Both the position numbers and the translations under genes were made by a program. The notes beneath the pieces were generated by a model, which was not told the origin of the DNA, made no database searches, and saw nothing but the letters and a program-made list of their open reading frames with translations. From Bacteroidales bacterium (GTDB lineage Bacteria > Bacteroidota > Bacteroidia > Bacteroidales > Cfx3-03), in NCBI GenBank assembly GCA_023251485.1, contig JAHEYR010000002.1, forward strand, positions 1 through 50,288: a DNA stretch of 50,288 nucleotides. Direction: 5' to 3'. Shown one piece after another: positions 27,317-39,348 of this stretch. How positions within the stretch are numbered: the stretch's first letter is position 1; every line of letters starts with the position of its first letter.

Positions 27317-28354
27317 ATGTTTGTACGATTAAAAACGTTATTAACAGGACTAATCCTGTTTACATCACTGAGTTGTGACAAAGCTGCCGAAGCGACCCCC
27401 CCGGTTAGTAAGCCGAAGCAGAAAATAGATGAAGCAGCGATTAAAGCTAAATTTGGAATCCCCGTGTATTTCAATTTTATTGAAACCCTTAAAAAAGAAG
27501 GGTTTGTATTTTGGGATTTTGACAAATTCTACAAATCGGATAAGTCAAAATTGCCGGAAAAACTAATTGTTATACGTCATGACATCCACTCCCGCGATAT
27601 AGATGGCGGTGTCAATGCAAATAAAGTTGAAAAATATTTTATCGGAAGTAGGGCTGCTACTTATTTTGTAATGTATGAAGATCCTACTGAAGAATATGAT
27701 TCAGGTCTTCAACTACAATATCTTAAGTTTATCGCTAGTTTAAATCAGGATACCGTAGATGTGCAACCTCATATTTCAGCCAATGATTTATACATTGCAA
27801 ATGCTAATCCTTCATGGAAAAACAAAGACCCATACGAATTAAAAGAATTATTTGACAAATATTATGAGGTAAAAAAGATCAGTGATAGTCATGGGCTCGG
27901 CACTGAGATCATCGCTAAAAGTGTAGATACGCTACACCTCAAGCAGATGAATACGAAACTAATAGAGATTCTAAAAGCTTACAATGCCAAATGGGAAAAA
28001 GCAACAGGCTTAAAAGCAAAGTACTATGCTTCACATGGTAGCAAGGTTAACATCAATACCGTATTAAACAATGCAGTAGTCCTAGACCAGCTCTCTTTAC
28101 TTCGAAGTGGTGCATATGAATTTGACACTTACAATAGTTGGATTGCTGAACACCTCATCTATTTAAGTGACAACAGTATACCTTCATGGATTGGGAAGCC
28201 AACCGAAGTCAAACCAGGAAGATATCAATTACTAATGCACCCATGGGTTTGGGAAAACTATACAACACCATCGGGGGCTGCTCATTCATATACGAATAGC
28301 TTCCCTGTCCCAACTAGCAATAAACAAAAAAAGAGAGTCAGTTATTACAAATAG
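27317..28354 (+). CDS. Hypothetical lipoprotein, possibly a divergent NodB-fold (polysaccharide-deacetylase-like) protein
   Basis: Lipobox FTSLSC. VIRHDIHSRDIDGG...ATYFVM and ...LLMHPWVW resemble divergent deacetylase motifs. This is a weak, motif-level call only. Confidence 0.55.
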   Translation: MFVRLKTLLTGLILFTSLSCDKAAEATPPVSKPKQKIDEAAIKAKFGIPVYFNFIETLKKEGFVFWDFDKFYKSDKSKLPEKLIVIRHDIHSRDIDGGVNANKVEKYFIGSRAATYFVMYEDPTEEYDSGLQLQYLKFIASLNQDTVDVQPHISANDLYIANANPSWKNKDPYELKELFDKYYEVKKISDSHGLGTEIIAKSVDTLHLKQMNTKLIEILKAYNAKWEKATGLKAKYYASHGSKVNINTVLNNAVVLDQLSLLRSGAYEFDTYNSWIAEHLIYLSDNSIPSWIGKPTEVKPGRYQLLMHPWVWENYTTPSGAAHSYTNSFPVPTSNKQKKRVSYYK

Positions 28355-28390
28355 AATATTTCATTTCGACTATTCCATTCAAAATATCTT

Positions 28391-28436
28391 ATCAATAAAA
28401 AAAGCTGACCCCATTAGATCAGCTTTTTTTATTGAT
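28391..28436. terminator. Bidirectional terminator / long dyad between convergent genes
   Basis: ATCAATAAAAAAAGCTGA ... TCAGCTTTTTTTATTGAT, 18-nt complementary arms. Confidence 0.7.
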
Positions 28437-28470
28437 AACGAATTAATTCATTTACATTATCTTCATGAAA

Positions 28471-29778
<1,308 letters not shown>

Positions 29779-29866
29779 TTACACAAAATATAATTCACCT
29801 TTTAAAGGTAAAGAGATAAAACAACAAATGTGCTGAAAAGTTGAGTGCACTTTTTAAATAACACGA

Positions 29867-29897
29867 AAAGAGGACAAAGTAAATTACTTTATCCTCC
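29867..29897 (-). terminator. Rho-independent terminator after rplQ
   Basis: Minus-strand stem GAGGATAAAGTA / TACTTTGTCCTC (one G-U pair), 3-nt loop, followed by UUUU. Confidence 0.7.
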
Positions 29898-29923
29898 ACC
29901 GTGTTCCCATATAAGATGGTTAT

Positions 29924-30430
29924 TTATTCGTTGGAACTACCTTCTGGAGTAGTTTCACTAGCTTCTGGAGCTTTTTCAGCAACAGGAGCTACAGTAGCAG
30001 TTTCTTTTTTACGAGTACCACGACGTGTTTTAACAGTTTTTGTTTCCTTTTCCTTAACTACATTGTAAGTAGTATTAAAGTCAACAAGCTCCATAATACA
30101 CATTTCTGAACTATCTCCTTGACGGATTCCAGTTTTAAGAATACGAGTATATCCACCTGCACGATTTACGATCTTACCAGAAACAACATAAAACAGTTCG
30201 TGAACTGCATCGTTGTTTTGAAGATAGCTAAATACAGTACGTTGTGAATGAGTAGAAGTATCCTTTGACTTCGTGATTAAGGGCTCAACGTATGAACGTA
30301 AAGCTTTAGCCTTAGCAAGAGTAGTTGTAATGCGTTTATGCAGAATGAGAGAAGACGCCATGTTCGACAACATCGCTTGACGATGGGCGCTGGTTCTTCC
30401 TAAGTGATTGAATCCTTTTCTGTGTCTCAT
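29924..30430 (-). CDS. rplQ: 50S ribosomal protein L17
   Basis: [21 protein letters not shown]. Follows rpoA. About 45-aa charged C-terminal tail. Confidence 0.96.
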   Translation of the reverse strand: MRHRKGFNHLGRTSAHRQAMLSNMASSLILHKRITTTLAKAKALRSYVEPLITKSKDTSTHSQRTVFSYLQNNDAVHELFYVVSGKIVNRAGGYTRILKTGIRQGDSSEMCIMELVDFNTTYNVVKEKETKTVKTRRGTRKKETATVAPVAEKAPEASETTPEGSSNE

Positions 30431-30435
30431 TGCGA

Positions 30436-31428
30436 TTATTCCTTATCTAATTTATATTTTGCAACATTCATTCCAAACTCCAAACCCTTAGATTTAACAA
30501 GCTCTTCAAGTTCTGTAAGAGATTTTTTACCGAAGTTACGGAATTTCAACAGATCGTTTTTATTAAATGCAACCAAATCACCAAGGGTTTCTACATCGGC
30601 AGCCTTCAAACAATTAAGCGCGCGCACAGACAAGTCCATATCAACAAGCTTAGTTTTGAGAAGTTGTCTGATGTGTAACGAAGTTTCGTCAAACTCCTCA
30701 GTTACGGTTTTTTCTTCATTGTCGATAGAGATCTTTTCATCAGAGAAAAGCATGAAATGTTGAATCAGAATTTTTGCAGATTCTTTTAATGCTTCTTTAG
30801 GTTGAATTGATCCGTCAGTTTGAATATCGAGCACTAGTTTCTCGTAGTCTGTTTTCTGTTCTACGCGATAGTTCTCAATAGCAAACTTAACGTTCTTTAT
30901 CGGGGTATGAATTGAATCGATAAATATTGTGTTGACAGGAGCATTCAAAACCCTATTTTCATCGGCTGGAACGTATCCTCTACCTTTATCGACACTGATC
31001 TCCAAAGTCAGTTTAACTGAAGGATCCATATGGCAGATCTCCAGATCAGGGTTCAAAACCGCGAAAGTAGAGAGAAACCTATTTAAATCGCCTGCTTTGA
31101 AGGTATCCTGACCAGCGATCACGATGTGAGCTTTTTCGGTAGTTTCGCCTTCTAACTGGCGTTTGAAACGAATTTGCTTTAGATTCAGAATGATATCTGT
31201 TACATCTTCGATCACACCTTTAATAGATGAAAACTCCTGCTCAACTCCTTCAATCCTGACAGATGTAATAGCATACCCTTCCAGAGAGGATAACAATATT
31301 CGCCTTAAGGCATTTCCAATTGTTATTCCGAAACCTGGCTCGAGCGGCCTGAATTCAAACACGCCTTTGAAATCATCGCTTTCTAGCATGATGACTTTTT
31401 CCGGCTTTTGAAATGCTAAAATTGCCAT
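30436..31428 (-). CDS. rpoA: DNA-directed RNA polymerase subunit alpha
   Basis: ORF 30436..31506 trimmed to the ATG at 31428 ([12 protein letters not shown]). [20 protein letters not shown]. Lies between rpsD and rplQ. Confidence 0.96.
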   Translation of the reverse strand: MAILAFQKPEKVIMLESDDFKGVFEFRPLEPGFGITIGNALRRILLSSLEGYAITSVRIEGVEQEFSSIKGVIEDVTDIILNLKQIRFKRQLEGETTEKAHIVIAGQDTFKAGDLNRFLSTFAVLNPDLEICHMDPSVKLTLEISVDKGRGYVPADENRVLNAPVNTIFIDSIHTPIKNVKFAIENYRVEQKTDYEKLVLDIQTDGSIQPKEALKESAKILIQHFMLFSDEKISIDNEEKTVTEEFDETSLHIRQLLKTKLVDMDLSVRALNCLKAADVETLGDLVAFNKNDLLKFRNFGKKSLTELEELVKSKGLEFGMNVAKYKLDKE

Positions 31429-31483
31429 AAATATGATGTTCTTTGAATTGGTAATTGCTGACTGATAAAAATAAGTAATTTTA

Positions 31484-32089
31484 TTACTTTGAATACAATT
31501 CCACAATTAATTGCTCATGGATGTTTTCAGGAATATCCTCACGCTCTGGGAAGCTTACAAACTTACCCACCATTGATGAACCATCCCATTCCAACCAAGG
31601 AAATTGATTGCTACGAGAAGCCAGCGAATTTACGATTACTTCAAGTGATTTAGATTTCTCTCTTACACCGATAGTATCACCAGGACGAAGTTCATAAGAT
31701 GGAATGTTTACAACTTTTCCATTTACAGTTACGTGACGATGAGAAACAAGCTGACGTCCAGCTGCACGTGTTGGAGCTATACCAAGGCGATAAACCACAT
31801 TATCAAGGCGAGCCTCGATTAATTTCAAAAGGTTTGTACCTGTGATACCTGCTTTTCTTGCAGCCTTAGAGAAGATATTTTTAAACTGACGTTCCAAAAT
31901 ACCATATGTATACTTAGCTTTTTGTTTCTCCATAAGCTGAGTACCATATTCTGACATTTTTTTACGCTTGTGCGCCTGCCCATGTTGTCCGGGAGGATAA
32001 CTTCTCTTTTCAAAGTTTTTATCGTGACCGTAGATTGGTTCTTTGAACTTTCTGGCGATCTTTGACTTCGGGCCAATATATCTTGCCAT
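31484..32089 (-). CDS. rpsD: 30S ribosomal protein S4
   Basis: [15 protein letters not shown]...; 201 aa. Confidence 0.97.
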   Translation of the reverse strand: MARYIGPKSKIARKFKEPIYGHDKNFEKRSYPPGQHGQAHKRKKMSEYGTQLMEKQKAKYTYGILERQFKNIFSKAARKAGITGTNLLKLIEARLDNVVYRLGIAPTRAAGRQLVSHRHVTVNGKVVNIPSYELRPGDTIGVREKSKSLEVIVNSLASRSNQFPWLEWDGSSMVGKFVSFPEREDIPENIHEQLIVELYSK

Positions 32090-32135
32090 ACTTTATTATT
32101 TTTTACCTAAAATAAATACTTAATAACGAATTTTC

Positions 32136-32155
32136 AACACTTTTCACAAAGTGTT
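32136..32155 (-). ncRNA. GNRA-capped hairpin between rpsK and rpsD (possible S4 leader element)
   Basis: Minus-strand RNA AACACUUU-GUGA-AAAGUGUU, 8-bp stem overlapping the rpsK stop codon. Confidence 0.3.
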
Positions 32156-32546
32156 ATACCCTTCTACGCTTGGGTGGGCGGCAACCGTTATGAGGTAATG
32201 GGGTGATATCCTGAATTTCAGTAACCTCAATACCTGTGGTATGCAAAGTACGAATTGCAGACTCACGTCCAGAACCCGGTCCTTTTACAAATACCTTCAC
32301 CTTGCGTAAGCCAAGGTCATAAGCAGTTTTTGAACAGTCTGTTGCTGCCATTTGAGCTGCATATGGAGTATTCTTTTTCGACCCTTTAAAACCCATCTTA
32401 CCTGCAGAAGCCCATGAAATAACTTGACCTGCATTATTCGTAAGAGAGATAATAATGTTATTGAAAGAAGCTGTTACATAAGCTTTACCTACAGGCTCTA
32501 CTTTTACAACTCTCTTTTTTGATTGTGTTTTGGTGCTTTTTGCCAT
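32154..32546 (-). CDS. rpsK: 30S ribosomal protein S11
   Basis: [24 protein letters not shown]...[12 protein letters not shown]. Confidence 0.97.
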   Translation of the reverse strand: MAKSTKTQSKKRVVKVEPVGKAYVTASFNNIIISLTNNAGQVISWASAGKMGFKGSKKNTPYAAQMAATDCSKTAYDLGLRKVKVFVKGPGSGRESAIRTLHTTGIEVTEIQDITPLPHNGCRPPKRRRV

Positions 32547-32583
32547 GTGCTGATTATTTCAACCAATTTTGAAATTACCTTAA

Positions 32584-32967
32584 TTATCCTTTATTCGGTG
32601 CTTTCTTCTTGTTAGCAACAGTCTTTTTCCTTCCTTTGCGAGTACGTGCATTGTTCTTGGTCGATTGACCACGAACTGGCAGTCCAACACGGTGGCGGAT
32701 TCCACGGTAGCAACCGATATCCATCAGTCGCTTGATGCTCATCTGAACTTCAGAACGAAGTGCTCCTTCTACTTTAAAAGTATCGTTAATGATTGTACGA
32801 ATACGATTTTGCTCCTCATCGTCCCAATCTTGCACTTTTTTATTAAAATCAACACCTGCTTCGCTCAGAATCTTTTGGGCGCTAGTGCGACCGATTCCGT
32901 AAATGTAGGTTAAGCCGATTTCACCTCTTTTATTTTTCGGTAAGTCAATACCTGCAATACGTGCCAT
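32584..32967 (-). CDS. rpsM: 30S ribosomal protein S13
   Basis: [14 protein letters not shown]...[15 protein letters not shown]. Confidence 0.97.
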   Translation of the reverse strand: MARIAGIDLPKNKRGEIGLTYIYGIGRTSAQKILSEAGVDFNKKVQDWDDEEQNRIRTIINDTFKVEGALRSEVQMSIKRLMDIGCYRGIRHRVGLPVRGQSTKNNARTRKGRKKTVANKKKAPNKG

Positions 32968-32995
32968 ATTATGAAATCTGAAATTATATTATTAA

Positions 32996-33112
32996 TTACC
33001 CTTGTCTTTGCTTGTACTTAGGATTCTTTTTATTAATCACGTACAATACCCCTTTGCGGCGAACGATCTTGCAATCTGGAGTTCTTTTCTTAATTGATGC
33101 TCTAACTTTCAT
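32996..33112 (-). CDS. rpmJ: 50S ribosomal protein L36
   Basis: Not in the ORF track (38 aa). Manual translation gives [38 protein letters not shown]. Lies between infA and rpsM. Confidence 0.93.
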   Translation of the reverse strand: MKVRASIKKRTPDCKIVRRKGVLYVINKKNPKYKQRQG

Positions 33113-33138
33113 TTTGCTGTTTTTTAAGCGTCATTTAA

Positions 33139-33357
33139 TTATTTATATCTGAACGAAATTCGGCCTTTACTCAAATCGTAAGGAGACATTTCAACTTTAA
33201 CCTTATCTCCTGGTAAAATTTTGATGTAGTGCATCCTCATTTTACCTGAAATATGAGCAGTTATCACATGTCCATTTTCCAATTCAACTCGGAACATTGC
33301 GTTCCCTAAAGATTCGATTACAACACCATCTTGTTCAATTGATGCTTGTTTAGCCAT
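33139..33357 (-). CDS. infA: Translation initiation factor IF-1
   Basis: 72 aa. ...[33 protein letters not shown]. Confidence 0.97.
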   Translation of the reverse strand: MAKQASIEQDGVVIESLGNAMFRVELENGHVITAHISGKMRMHYIKILPGDKVKVEMSPYDLSKGRISFRYK

Positions 33358-33372
33358 TAATTTACCGGTTAT

Positions 33373-34149
33373 TTAATTTTTGTTCAACACTTTTTCGATT
33401 TCCTCAAAACTCGACAATATGTCAGCTTTATCTTTTCCAATCGCAATCTCATGTTCAAAATGAGCAGAAGGCTTTCTGTCACTGGTACGAATTGTCCAAC
33501 CGTCAGCTTCCTGAACAATTGACTTTTTACCAAGGTTGATCATGGGCTCTATACAGATTACCATCCCTTCCTGTAGTATCATTCCAGTTCCACGTTTACC
33601 ATAATTAGGCACTTCAGGTTTTTCATGCAGCCGCTTACCTATTCCATGCCCAACCAGATCACGAACCACCCCATATCCAAACGACTCAGTATATGTTTGT
33701 ATGGCATATCCTATATCACCTAAACGGTTTCCAGCAACAGCCTTTTCTATACCGAGGTAGAGAGACTCTTTTGTCCGAGTTAATAAATTCTGAACCTCTT
33801 CACTGATTTCACCTACAGCAAATGTATAGGCTGAATCACCATAAAAACCATCCAAAATTGTTCCACAGTCAACAGAAACAATATCACCGTCTTTTAAAAC
33901 TCTTTTACTGGGGAATCCGTGAACAACTTCATCATTAACTGAAATGCATAAAGTTGCGGGAAATCCCCCATAACCTTTAAAAGCGGGTAAGGCACCATTA
34001 CTGCGGATAAACTCTTCAGCAATCAGGTCCAAATCCTTGGTCTGAATGCCAGGCTTAATATGCCTGGCTACTTCAGCCAATGTTTTTCCAACAAGTAAAG
34101 AACTTTGCCGTAAACGGCTTATATCTTCGGTAGTTTTGAGTTCAATCAT
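33373..34149 (-). CDS. map: Type I methionine aminopeptidase
   Basis: VHGFP, DIVSVDCG, GHGIG, EPM...EHE metal-ligand motifs. Confidence 0.95.
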   Translation of the reverse strand: MIELKTTEDISRLRQSSLLVGKTLAEVARHIKPGIQTKDLDLIAEEFIRSNGALPAFKGYGGFPATLCISVNDEVVHGFPSKRVLKDGDIVSVDCGTILDGFYGDSAYTFAVGEISEEVQNLLTRTKESLYLGIEKAVAGNRLGDIGYAIQTYTESFGYGVVRDLVGHGIGKRLHEKPEVPNYGKRGTGMILQEGMVICIEPMINLGKKSIVQEADGWTIRTSDRKPSAHFEHEIAIGKDKADILSSFEEIEKVLNKN

Positions 34150-34163
34150 TGAACAATTTGTTA

Positions 34164-35528
34164 TTAATATCCGGCAACCGGGTATGCATTACGTCCTTTA
34201 ATACGACCTGATTTTGTCAGACCTTCATAATGACGCATCAGTAAATGACTCTCAACTTGTTGTAGGGTATCTAAAACAACACCAACTAAAATAAGAAGAG
34301 AAGTACCACCGTAGAATTGCGCAAACTGGCTACTTACACCAGTAATACGAACTAATGCGGGCATAATTGCAACCAATGCGAGAAATAATGACCCAGGCAG
34401 GGTGATTTTAGACATTACATCGTCAATAAACTCTGCTGTCTTCTTTCCAGGTTTTACCCCGGGAATAAATCCCCCATTCTTTTTCATGTCTTCAGCCATT
34501 TGTTTTGGCTGAATAGTAATTGCAGTATAAAAATACGTAAAGACTACGATTAATATTGCATAAGTAAAGTTATACCAAAAACTATTGATATCAGTAAATG
34601 TAGCAGTAAACCATGATACACCCTCACTATGTGAGAACCCAGCAAAAGTCAATGGCAAAAACATGATTGCTTGTGCAAAAATGATAGGCATTACACCTGC
34701 TGCATTAACTTTTAGTGGAATGTATTGACGAACGCCACCATATTGTTTGTTACCAACAATTCTTTTAGCATATTGTACAGGTATTCTACGTGTACCTTGA
34801 ACAAGAAGAATACACATCAAAACAACCATTACAAGAACAGCTATTTCAATGAGGAAGATTACTAGTCCACCACCTTTTTGTTCAACACGAGAAGTAAGTT
34901 CAGAGAAAAGAGCAAACGGTAAACGAGCTATAATTCCGATCATGATAATCAAAGAGATACCATTACCAATACCCTTATCCGTTATTCTTTCTCCAAGCCA
35001 CATCACAAACATAGTACCTGAAATAAGCGTTACTACAGATGAGATCCAGAAGAAAAGAGGTGGAGATGTCATTCCCGGATCAAAAGGATAGATAGCATTG
35101 CTGGGTAATTGACTAACTAGGTTAGCAATATAACCAGGTGCCTGAAAACCAACAACGACAACCGTTAACCAACGAGTAATCTGATTGATTTTCTTTCTTC
35201 CGCTTTCTCCTTCTTTTTGAAGCTTCTGAAAATAAGGAACAGCCATTCCAAGTAATTGAATTACGATGGAAGCAGAGATGTAAGGCATAATACCCAATGC
35301 AAAGATGGAAGCATTCGCAAATGCTCCACCTGAAAACATGTTTAGTAGCCCTAACAATCCACTATTTGACTGATTTCTTAAATTAGCCAGCATTTCTGGA
35401 TCAACTCCAGGAAGAACAACATGAGCACCAAGGCGGTAAATTAATACAATACCAAGGGTATAGAAGATACGTTTACGTAGCTCTTCTATTTTGTAGATGT
35501 TCTGAATAGTTTGGATTAGCCGTTTCAT
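34164..35528 (-). CDS. secY: Preprotein translocase subunit SecY
   Basis: 454 aa, 10 TM segments. LGIMPYISASIVIQLL. Position in the spc operon. Confidence 0.97.
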   Translation of the reverse strand: MKRLIQTIQNIYKIEELRKRIFYTLGIVLIYRLGAHVVLPGVDPEMLANLRNQSNSGLLGLLNMFSGGAFANASIFALGIMPYISASIVIQLLGMAVPYFQKLQKEGESGRKKINQITRWLTVVVVGFQAPGYIANLVSQLPSNAIYPFDPGMTSPPLFFWISSVVTLISGTMFVMWLGERITDKGIGNGISLIIMIGIIARLPFALFSELTSRVEQKGGGLVIFLIEIAVLVMVVLMCILLVQGTRRIPVQYAKRIVGNKQYGGVRQYIPLKVNAAGVMPIIFAQAIMFLPLTFAGFSHSEGVSWFTATFTDINSFWYNFTYAILIVVFTYFYTAITIQPKQMAEDMKKNGGFIPGVKPGKKTAEFIDDVMSKITLPGSLFLALVAIMPALVRITGVSSQFAQFYGGTSLLILVGVVLDTLQQVESHLLMRHYEGLTKSGRIKGRNAYPVAGY

Positions 35529-35534
35529 TGACCG

Positions 35535-35981
35535 TTAGATTTTTGTGGCAACGCCACCGTTTGATTCAATAGACTTCAGAGCAGATGCGGAGAATGCATG
35601 AGCAGTGACATCAATCTTACGGTTTAATACCCCACGACCCAACACCTTTACCAATTGCCTTTTTGAAGCAAGACCGTGTTCAATTAACGTATTTACGTCA
35701 ATAGCATTCAAATTTAATTCTTCAACTAATTGTTGAATAACATCAAGATTAATGCAGTGGTATTCAACTCGGCCAGGATTCTTAAAACCGAATTTAGGTA
35801 CGCGACGAACCAAAGGCATCTGACCGCCTTCGAATCCTAGTTTGCGACTATAACCCGATCTTGATTGAGCTCCTTTATGACCACGTGTTGAAGTACCACC
35901 TCTACCAGATCCCTGGCCACGTCCGATGCGTTTTGAGCTTTTTAATGATCCTTCTGCAGGTTCAAGATTATGTAACTCCAT
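35535..35981 (-). CDS. rplO: 50S ribosomal protein L15
   Basis: RIGRGQGSGRGGTSTRGHKG; 148 aa. Confidence 0.96.
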   Translation of the reverse strand: MELHNLEPAEGSLKSSKRIGRGQGSGRGGTSTRGHKGAQSRSGYSRKLGFEGGQMPLVRRVPKFGFKNPGRVEYHCINLDVIQQLVEELNLNAIDVNTLIEHGLASKRQLVKVLGRGVLNRKIDVTAHAFSASALKSIESNGGVATKI

Positions 35982-36022
35982 AATATCTTTTAGATTATTT
36001 ATCGTTGTAAATAATTATTACC

Positions 36023-36202
36023 TTAAATCTCTGTGATTGTAATAAGATGATTAACCTTAGCAATCATTCCTAAAATTTGAGGAGTCGCTGTTACTTCGAT
36101 GGTTTGATTATTTCTCTTAAACCCTAAAGCTTTTAGCGTTCTCTTTTGACGGTCAGGATGGCCAATACCACTCTTAACTTGTGTGATTTTTAACTGTTTC
36201 AT
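36023..36202 (-). CDS. rpmD: 50S ribosomal protein L30
   Basis: ORF 36023..36244 trimmed to MKQLKITQVKSGIG (ATG at 36202), which removes the overlap with rpsE. Confidence 0.92.
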   Translation of the reverse strand: MKQLKITQVKSGIGHPDRQKRTLKALGFKRNNQTIEVTATPQILGMIAKVNHLITITEI

Positions 36203-36221
36203 CGTTCCAAGAATTTGAGGA

Positions 36222-36740
36222 TTAACCATTAAACACTTTATCAATTCCTACACCGCGTAACTGTGCGATAGTTTGAGGATCTCTCAGAAGCATCAAAGCA
36301 TTCATGGTAGCTTTAACTACACTATGAGGATTAGATGATCCTTTAGACTTTGCTAACACATCTTTCACGCCAACGCTTTCAAGGACAGCACGCATAGCAC
36401 CACCGGCGATTACACCTGTTCCAGGTGCAGCTGGTTTTAGAAATACTAAAGCGCCGCTATATTTTCCATATTGTTCGTGAGGAATAGTGCCTTTATGAAT
36501 AGGAACCTTTATAAGATTCTTTTTAGCGTCATCGATTCCTTTAGCAATAGCAGCCGTTACTTCCTTGGCTTTACCAAGGCCGTGACCCACTACGCCATTT
36601 TCATTTCCAACAACCACAATTGCTGAAAAAGTGAAGGTTCTACCTCCTTTAGTAACCTTCGTTACGCGATTAATAGCTACAAGTTTATCCTTGAACTCTA
36701 TTTCGCTTGATTTTACTCTTTTGATGTTTACGTTTGGCAT
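36222..36740 (-). CDS. rpsE: 30S ribosomal protein S5
   Basis: [24 protein letters not shown]...; 172 aa. Confidence 0.97.
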   Translation of the reverse strand: MPNVNIKRVKSSEIEFKDKLVAINRVTKVTKGGRTFTFSAIVVVGNENGVVGHGLGKAKEVTAAIAKGIDDAKKNLIKVPIHKGTIPHEQYGKYSGALVFLKPAAPGTGVIAGGAMRAVLESVGVKDVLAKSKGSSNPHSVVKATMNALMLLRDPQTIAQLRGVGIDKVFNG

Positions 36741-36745
36741 AATGA

Positions 36746-37117
36746 TTAGAATTTAAGGCCTCCCTCTCTGGCTGCTTCGGCCAATGATTTTACTCTGCCA
36801 TGATACAAATATCCGTTTCGATCAAATACTACAGTGTTAATACCTGCTTCAATAGCACGTTCTGCAATAAGACGACCTACCAAACGAGCTTGTTCAATCT
36901 TGGTTACTTTATTATTAGCAATTGCCTCAACTTTCGACGTAGCTGAAACAAGAGTACGACCTGCGGCATCATCAATAACCTGTACGTAGATTTGCTTATT
37001 GCTGCGGAATACCGTTAGGCGTGGACGCTCATTGGTACCGTTAACAACCTTCTTAATTCTGAGCTTGATACGGGACCTTCTGTATTCTCTATTTGTTTTA
37101 ATTTTCTTGATAGCCAT
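36746..37117 (-). CDS. rplR: 50S ribosomal protein L18
   Basis: [20 protein letters not shown]...[26 protein letters not shown]. Confidence 0.97.
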   Translation of the reverse strand: MAIKKIKTNREYRRSRIKLRIKKVVNGTNERPRLTVFRSNKQIYVQVIDDAAGRTLVSATSKVEAIANNKVTKIEQARLVGRLIAERAIEAGINTVVFDRNGYLYHGRVKSLAEAAREGGLKF

Positions 37118-37144
37118 CCTACTAAGGAATTAATAATTTGAACA

Positions 37145-37702
37145 TTATTTCTTATCACCTGACTTACCAGCTTTCCTGCGAATAACTTCACCAAGGAAGC
37201 GGATACCTTTACCTTTATATGGTTCGGGTTTACGAAGTGAGCGGATTTTGGCCGCTACTTGTCCCAGTAGTTGCTTATCATGAGAAGTTAGCGTAATGAT
37301 AGGGTTCTTACCACGCTCAGTAAGCGTTTCAACCTTTATCTCTACAGGCAAATCAATAAAAATATTGTGCGAGTAGCCGAGTGCTAGTTCCAGAACTTGT
37401 CCGGTTGCACTGGCTTTATATCCAACACCCACCAATTCTTGAACAACTTTGAATCCTTCCGAAACGCCCTTTACCATATTGGCAATTAATGCACGGTACA
37501 AACCATGCAAAGCACGATGGCGCTTCTGGTCGGTATGACGTTCAACGGTGATGGTAGAACTTTCAATTTTAATACTAATACTTGGGTCTACTTGCTGCGA
37601 AAGTTCGCCCAGTTTTCCCTTAACGGTTACCAGATTCTTATCACTGACTGTAACCTGTACTCCCGCTGGAATCTCGATAGGTAATTTTCCTACTCTTGAC
37701 AT
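37145..37702 (-). CDS. rplF: 50S ribosomal protein L6
   Basis: MSRVGKLPIEIPAGV...EPYKGKGIRF. Confidence 0.97.
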   Translation of the reverse strand: MSRVGKLPIEIPAGVQVTVSDKNLVTVKGKLGELSQQVDPSISIKIESSTITVERHTDQKRHRALHGLYRALIANMVKGVSEGFKVVQELVGVGYKASATGQVLELALGYSHNIFIDLPVEIKVETLTERGKNPIITLTSHDKQLLGQVAAKIRSLRKPEPYKGKGIRFLGEVIRRKAGKSGDKK

Positions 37703-37719
37703 AATTTAAGCCTCCCTTT

Positions 37720-38118
37720 TTAGCTGATGTAACATAATACTTCACCGCCAATACCTCTCTTACGGGCTTCCTTTTCGGTCATAATACCTTGTGAAGTCGA
37801 AAGGATGGCAATTCCGAGACCATTTAATACTCGTGGGAGCTTTTCGTGATTTACGTATTTACGTAAACCTGGCTTACTAACACGGATGAGCGTGTTAATA
37901 GCTGGCATCTTACTTACAGGATGAAATTTTAACGCAATTTTGATAATTCCTGGAATGGAATCATCTTCAAATTTGTAGTTAAGAATGTAACCCTGATCAA
38001 AAAGAATTTTGGTCATCTCCTTCTTGATTCTAGATGCAGGAATTTCTACAACCCGGTGGTTGGCCATCACGGCATTCCTTATTCTTGTCAGATAATCTGC
38101 AATAGGATCAGTAACCAT
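37720..38118 (-). CDS. rpsH: 30S ribosomal protein S8
   Basis: [13 protein letters not shown]...GGEVLCYIS. Confidence 0.97.
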   Translation of the reverse strand: MVTDPIADYLTRIRNAVMANHRVVEIPASRIKKEMTKILFDQGYILNYKFEDDSIPGIIKIALKFHPVSKMPAINTLIRVSKPGLRKYVNHEKLPRVLNGLGIAILSTSQGIMTEKEARKRGIGGEVLCYIS

Positions 38119-38182
38119 ACAATGATGAAACGATTATGTGATTTGTAATTAAAAACATTATTCAATACTCCAATAAAAGCTG

Positions 38183-38190
38183 CAAAGATA
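38183..38190 (-). promoter_or_regulatory. Candidate internal -7 box TATCTTTG between rpsN and rpsH
   Basis: TAnnTTTG match in the unusually long 77-nt spacer, 65 nt upstream of the rpsH ATG. Confidence 0.3.
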
Positions 38191-38195
38191 ATAAA

Positions 38196-38465
38196 TTACC
38201 AGCTCGCTTTTGTAACTCCTGGAATTAATCCGTTAAGAGCCATAAATCTGAAGTCAATACGAGATACACCAAATTGACGCATGTATCCTTTAGGTCTGCC
38301 GGTTAGTTTACAACGGTTGTGTAATCTTACTGGGCATGAGTTTTTTGGAAGCTTCTGCAAACCAACATAGTCACCTGCAGCTTTCAGTTCTTCACGTTTA
38401 GCTGCGTATTTATCTACTAGCTTTTTACGTTTAACTTCTCTCGCTTTAATTGATTCCTTAGCCAT
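38196..38465 (-). CDS. rpsN: 30S ribosomal protein S14 (long, non-zinc form)
   Basis: 89 aa, ends ...[11 protein letters not shown]. No CxxC pairs. Confidence 0.96.
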   Translation of the reverse strand: MAKESIKAREVKRKKLVDKYAAKREELKAAGDYVGLQKLPKNSCPVRLHNRCKLTGRPKGYMRQFGVSRIDFRFMALNGLIPGVTKASW

Positions 38466-38468
38466 AAA

Positions 38469-39035
38469 TTATTGTTGATTTTGATTTTGATTTTTGAATG
38501 GTAAACCAAATTCTTTCAGTAAAGCTAGACACTCTTGGTCAGTTTTTGCTGTTGTAACAAAAGTGATATCCAAACCACTAATCTTAGCAATCTTGTCGAT
38601 GTTAATTTCAGGAAAAATGATTTGCTCCTGAACACCAAGTGTATAGTTTCCACGTCCGTCAAAACCTTTCTCATTGATTCCACGGAAGTCACGTACACGA
38701 GGTAGAGATACTGCAACCAAACGATCTAAAAATTCATACATTCTGTCTTTGCGCAAAGTAACGCGAACACCGATAGGCATTCCCTTACGTAGCTTAAAGT
38801 TAGAAATATCCTTTCTAGATTTGGTAGTAACAGCTTTCTGACCTGTAATGTTCGTCATTTCTGTTACAGCAGATTCGATTAATTTCTTATCGGCAATTGC
38901 TGCACCTAATCCTTGGTTTACGCTAATTTTAACGAGTCTTGGAACTTCCATTGGGCTTTTATACTGGAACTTTTCCTGTAAAGCCTTTTGGATCTCGTTG
39001 GCGTATTTTTCCTTAAGTCTTGTTGTATAACTCAT
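38469..39035 (-). CDS. rplE: 50S ribosomal protein L5
   Basis: [14 protein letters not shown]...RDFRG...[16 protein letters not shown]. Confidence 0.97.
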   Translation of the reverse strand: MSYTTRLKEKYANEIQKALQEKFQYKSPMEVPRLVKISVNQGLGAAIADKKLIESAVTEMTNITGQKAVTTKSRKDISNFKLRKGMPIGVRVTLRKDRMYEFLDRLVAVSLPRVRDFRGINEKGFDGRGNYTLGVQEQIIFPEINIDKIAKISGLDITFVTTAKTDQECLALLKEFGLPFKNQNQNQQ

Positions 39036-39055
39036 TGGTTCTTAGCCTCCCCTGA

Positions 39056-39328
39056 TTATTTTTTAATTATTTTAGCTTTTCTGCTGGGTTTTCCCGAAGC
39101 ATCAATCAGCATCAGGTTACTTACATGGATAGGAGCTTCTCTTTTCACAATACCACCCTGTGGGCTTTTGGCATTGGGTTTAGTATGTTTCGAAATAAGA
39201 TTTACGCCTTCAACGATTGCGCGTTCTTTTTCGATTTGTACTTCGAGAACTCTGCCCTGTTTACCTTTTGAATCGCCAGCGATAACCATGATGTTATCCC
39301 CTTTTTTGATATGTAATTTCGTGCTCAT
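39056..39328 (-). CDS. rplX: 50S ribosomal protein L24
   Basis: [25 protein letters not shown]. Confidence 0.95.
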   Translation of the reverse strand: MSTKLHIKKGDNIMVIAGDSKGKQGRVLEVQIEKERAIVEGVNLISKHTKPNAKSPQGGIVKREAPIHVSNLMLIDASGKPSRKAKIIKK

Positions 39329-39348
39329 AATGGTAAAAGGTTGATTGG

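Noticed and set aside
30404-30763. Antisense ORFs inside highly expressed genes (for example 30404..30763, 38988..39344, 40643..40879, 45275..45607, 46217..46543, 24927..25202)
   Set aside because: These are shadow ORFs on the opposite strand of well-supported CDSs, with low-complexity or odd composition and no independent signals.
31429-31506. 5' extensions of track ORFs for rpoA (to 31506), rpmD (to 36244), murB (to 11643), surE (to 19208), the GT at 11633 and the isomerase at 251
   Set aside because: The extensions overlap upstream genes or promoter boxes, or start at TTG. The conserved N-termini begin at the downstream ATGs chosen in the feature list.
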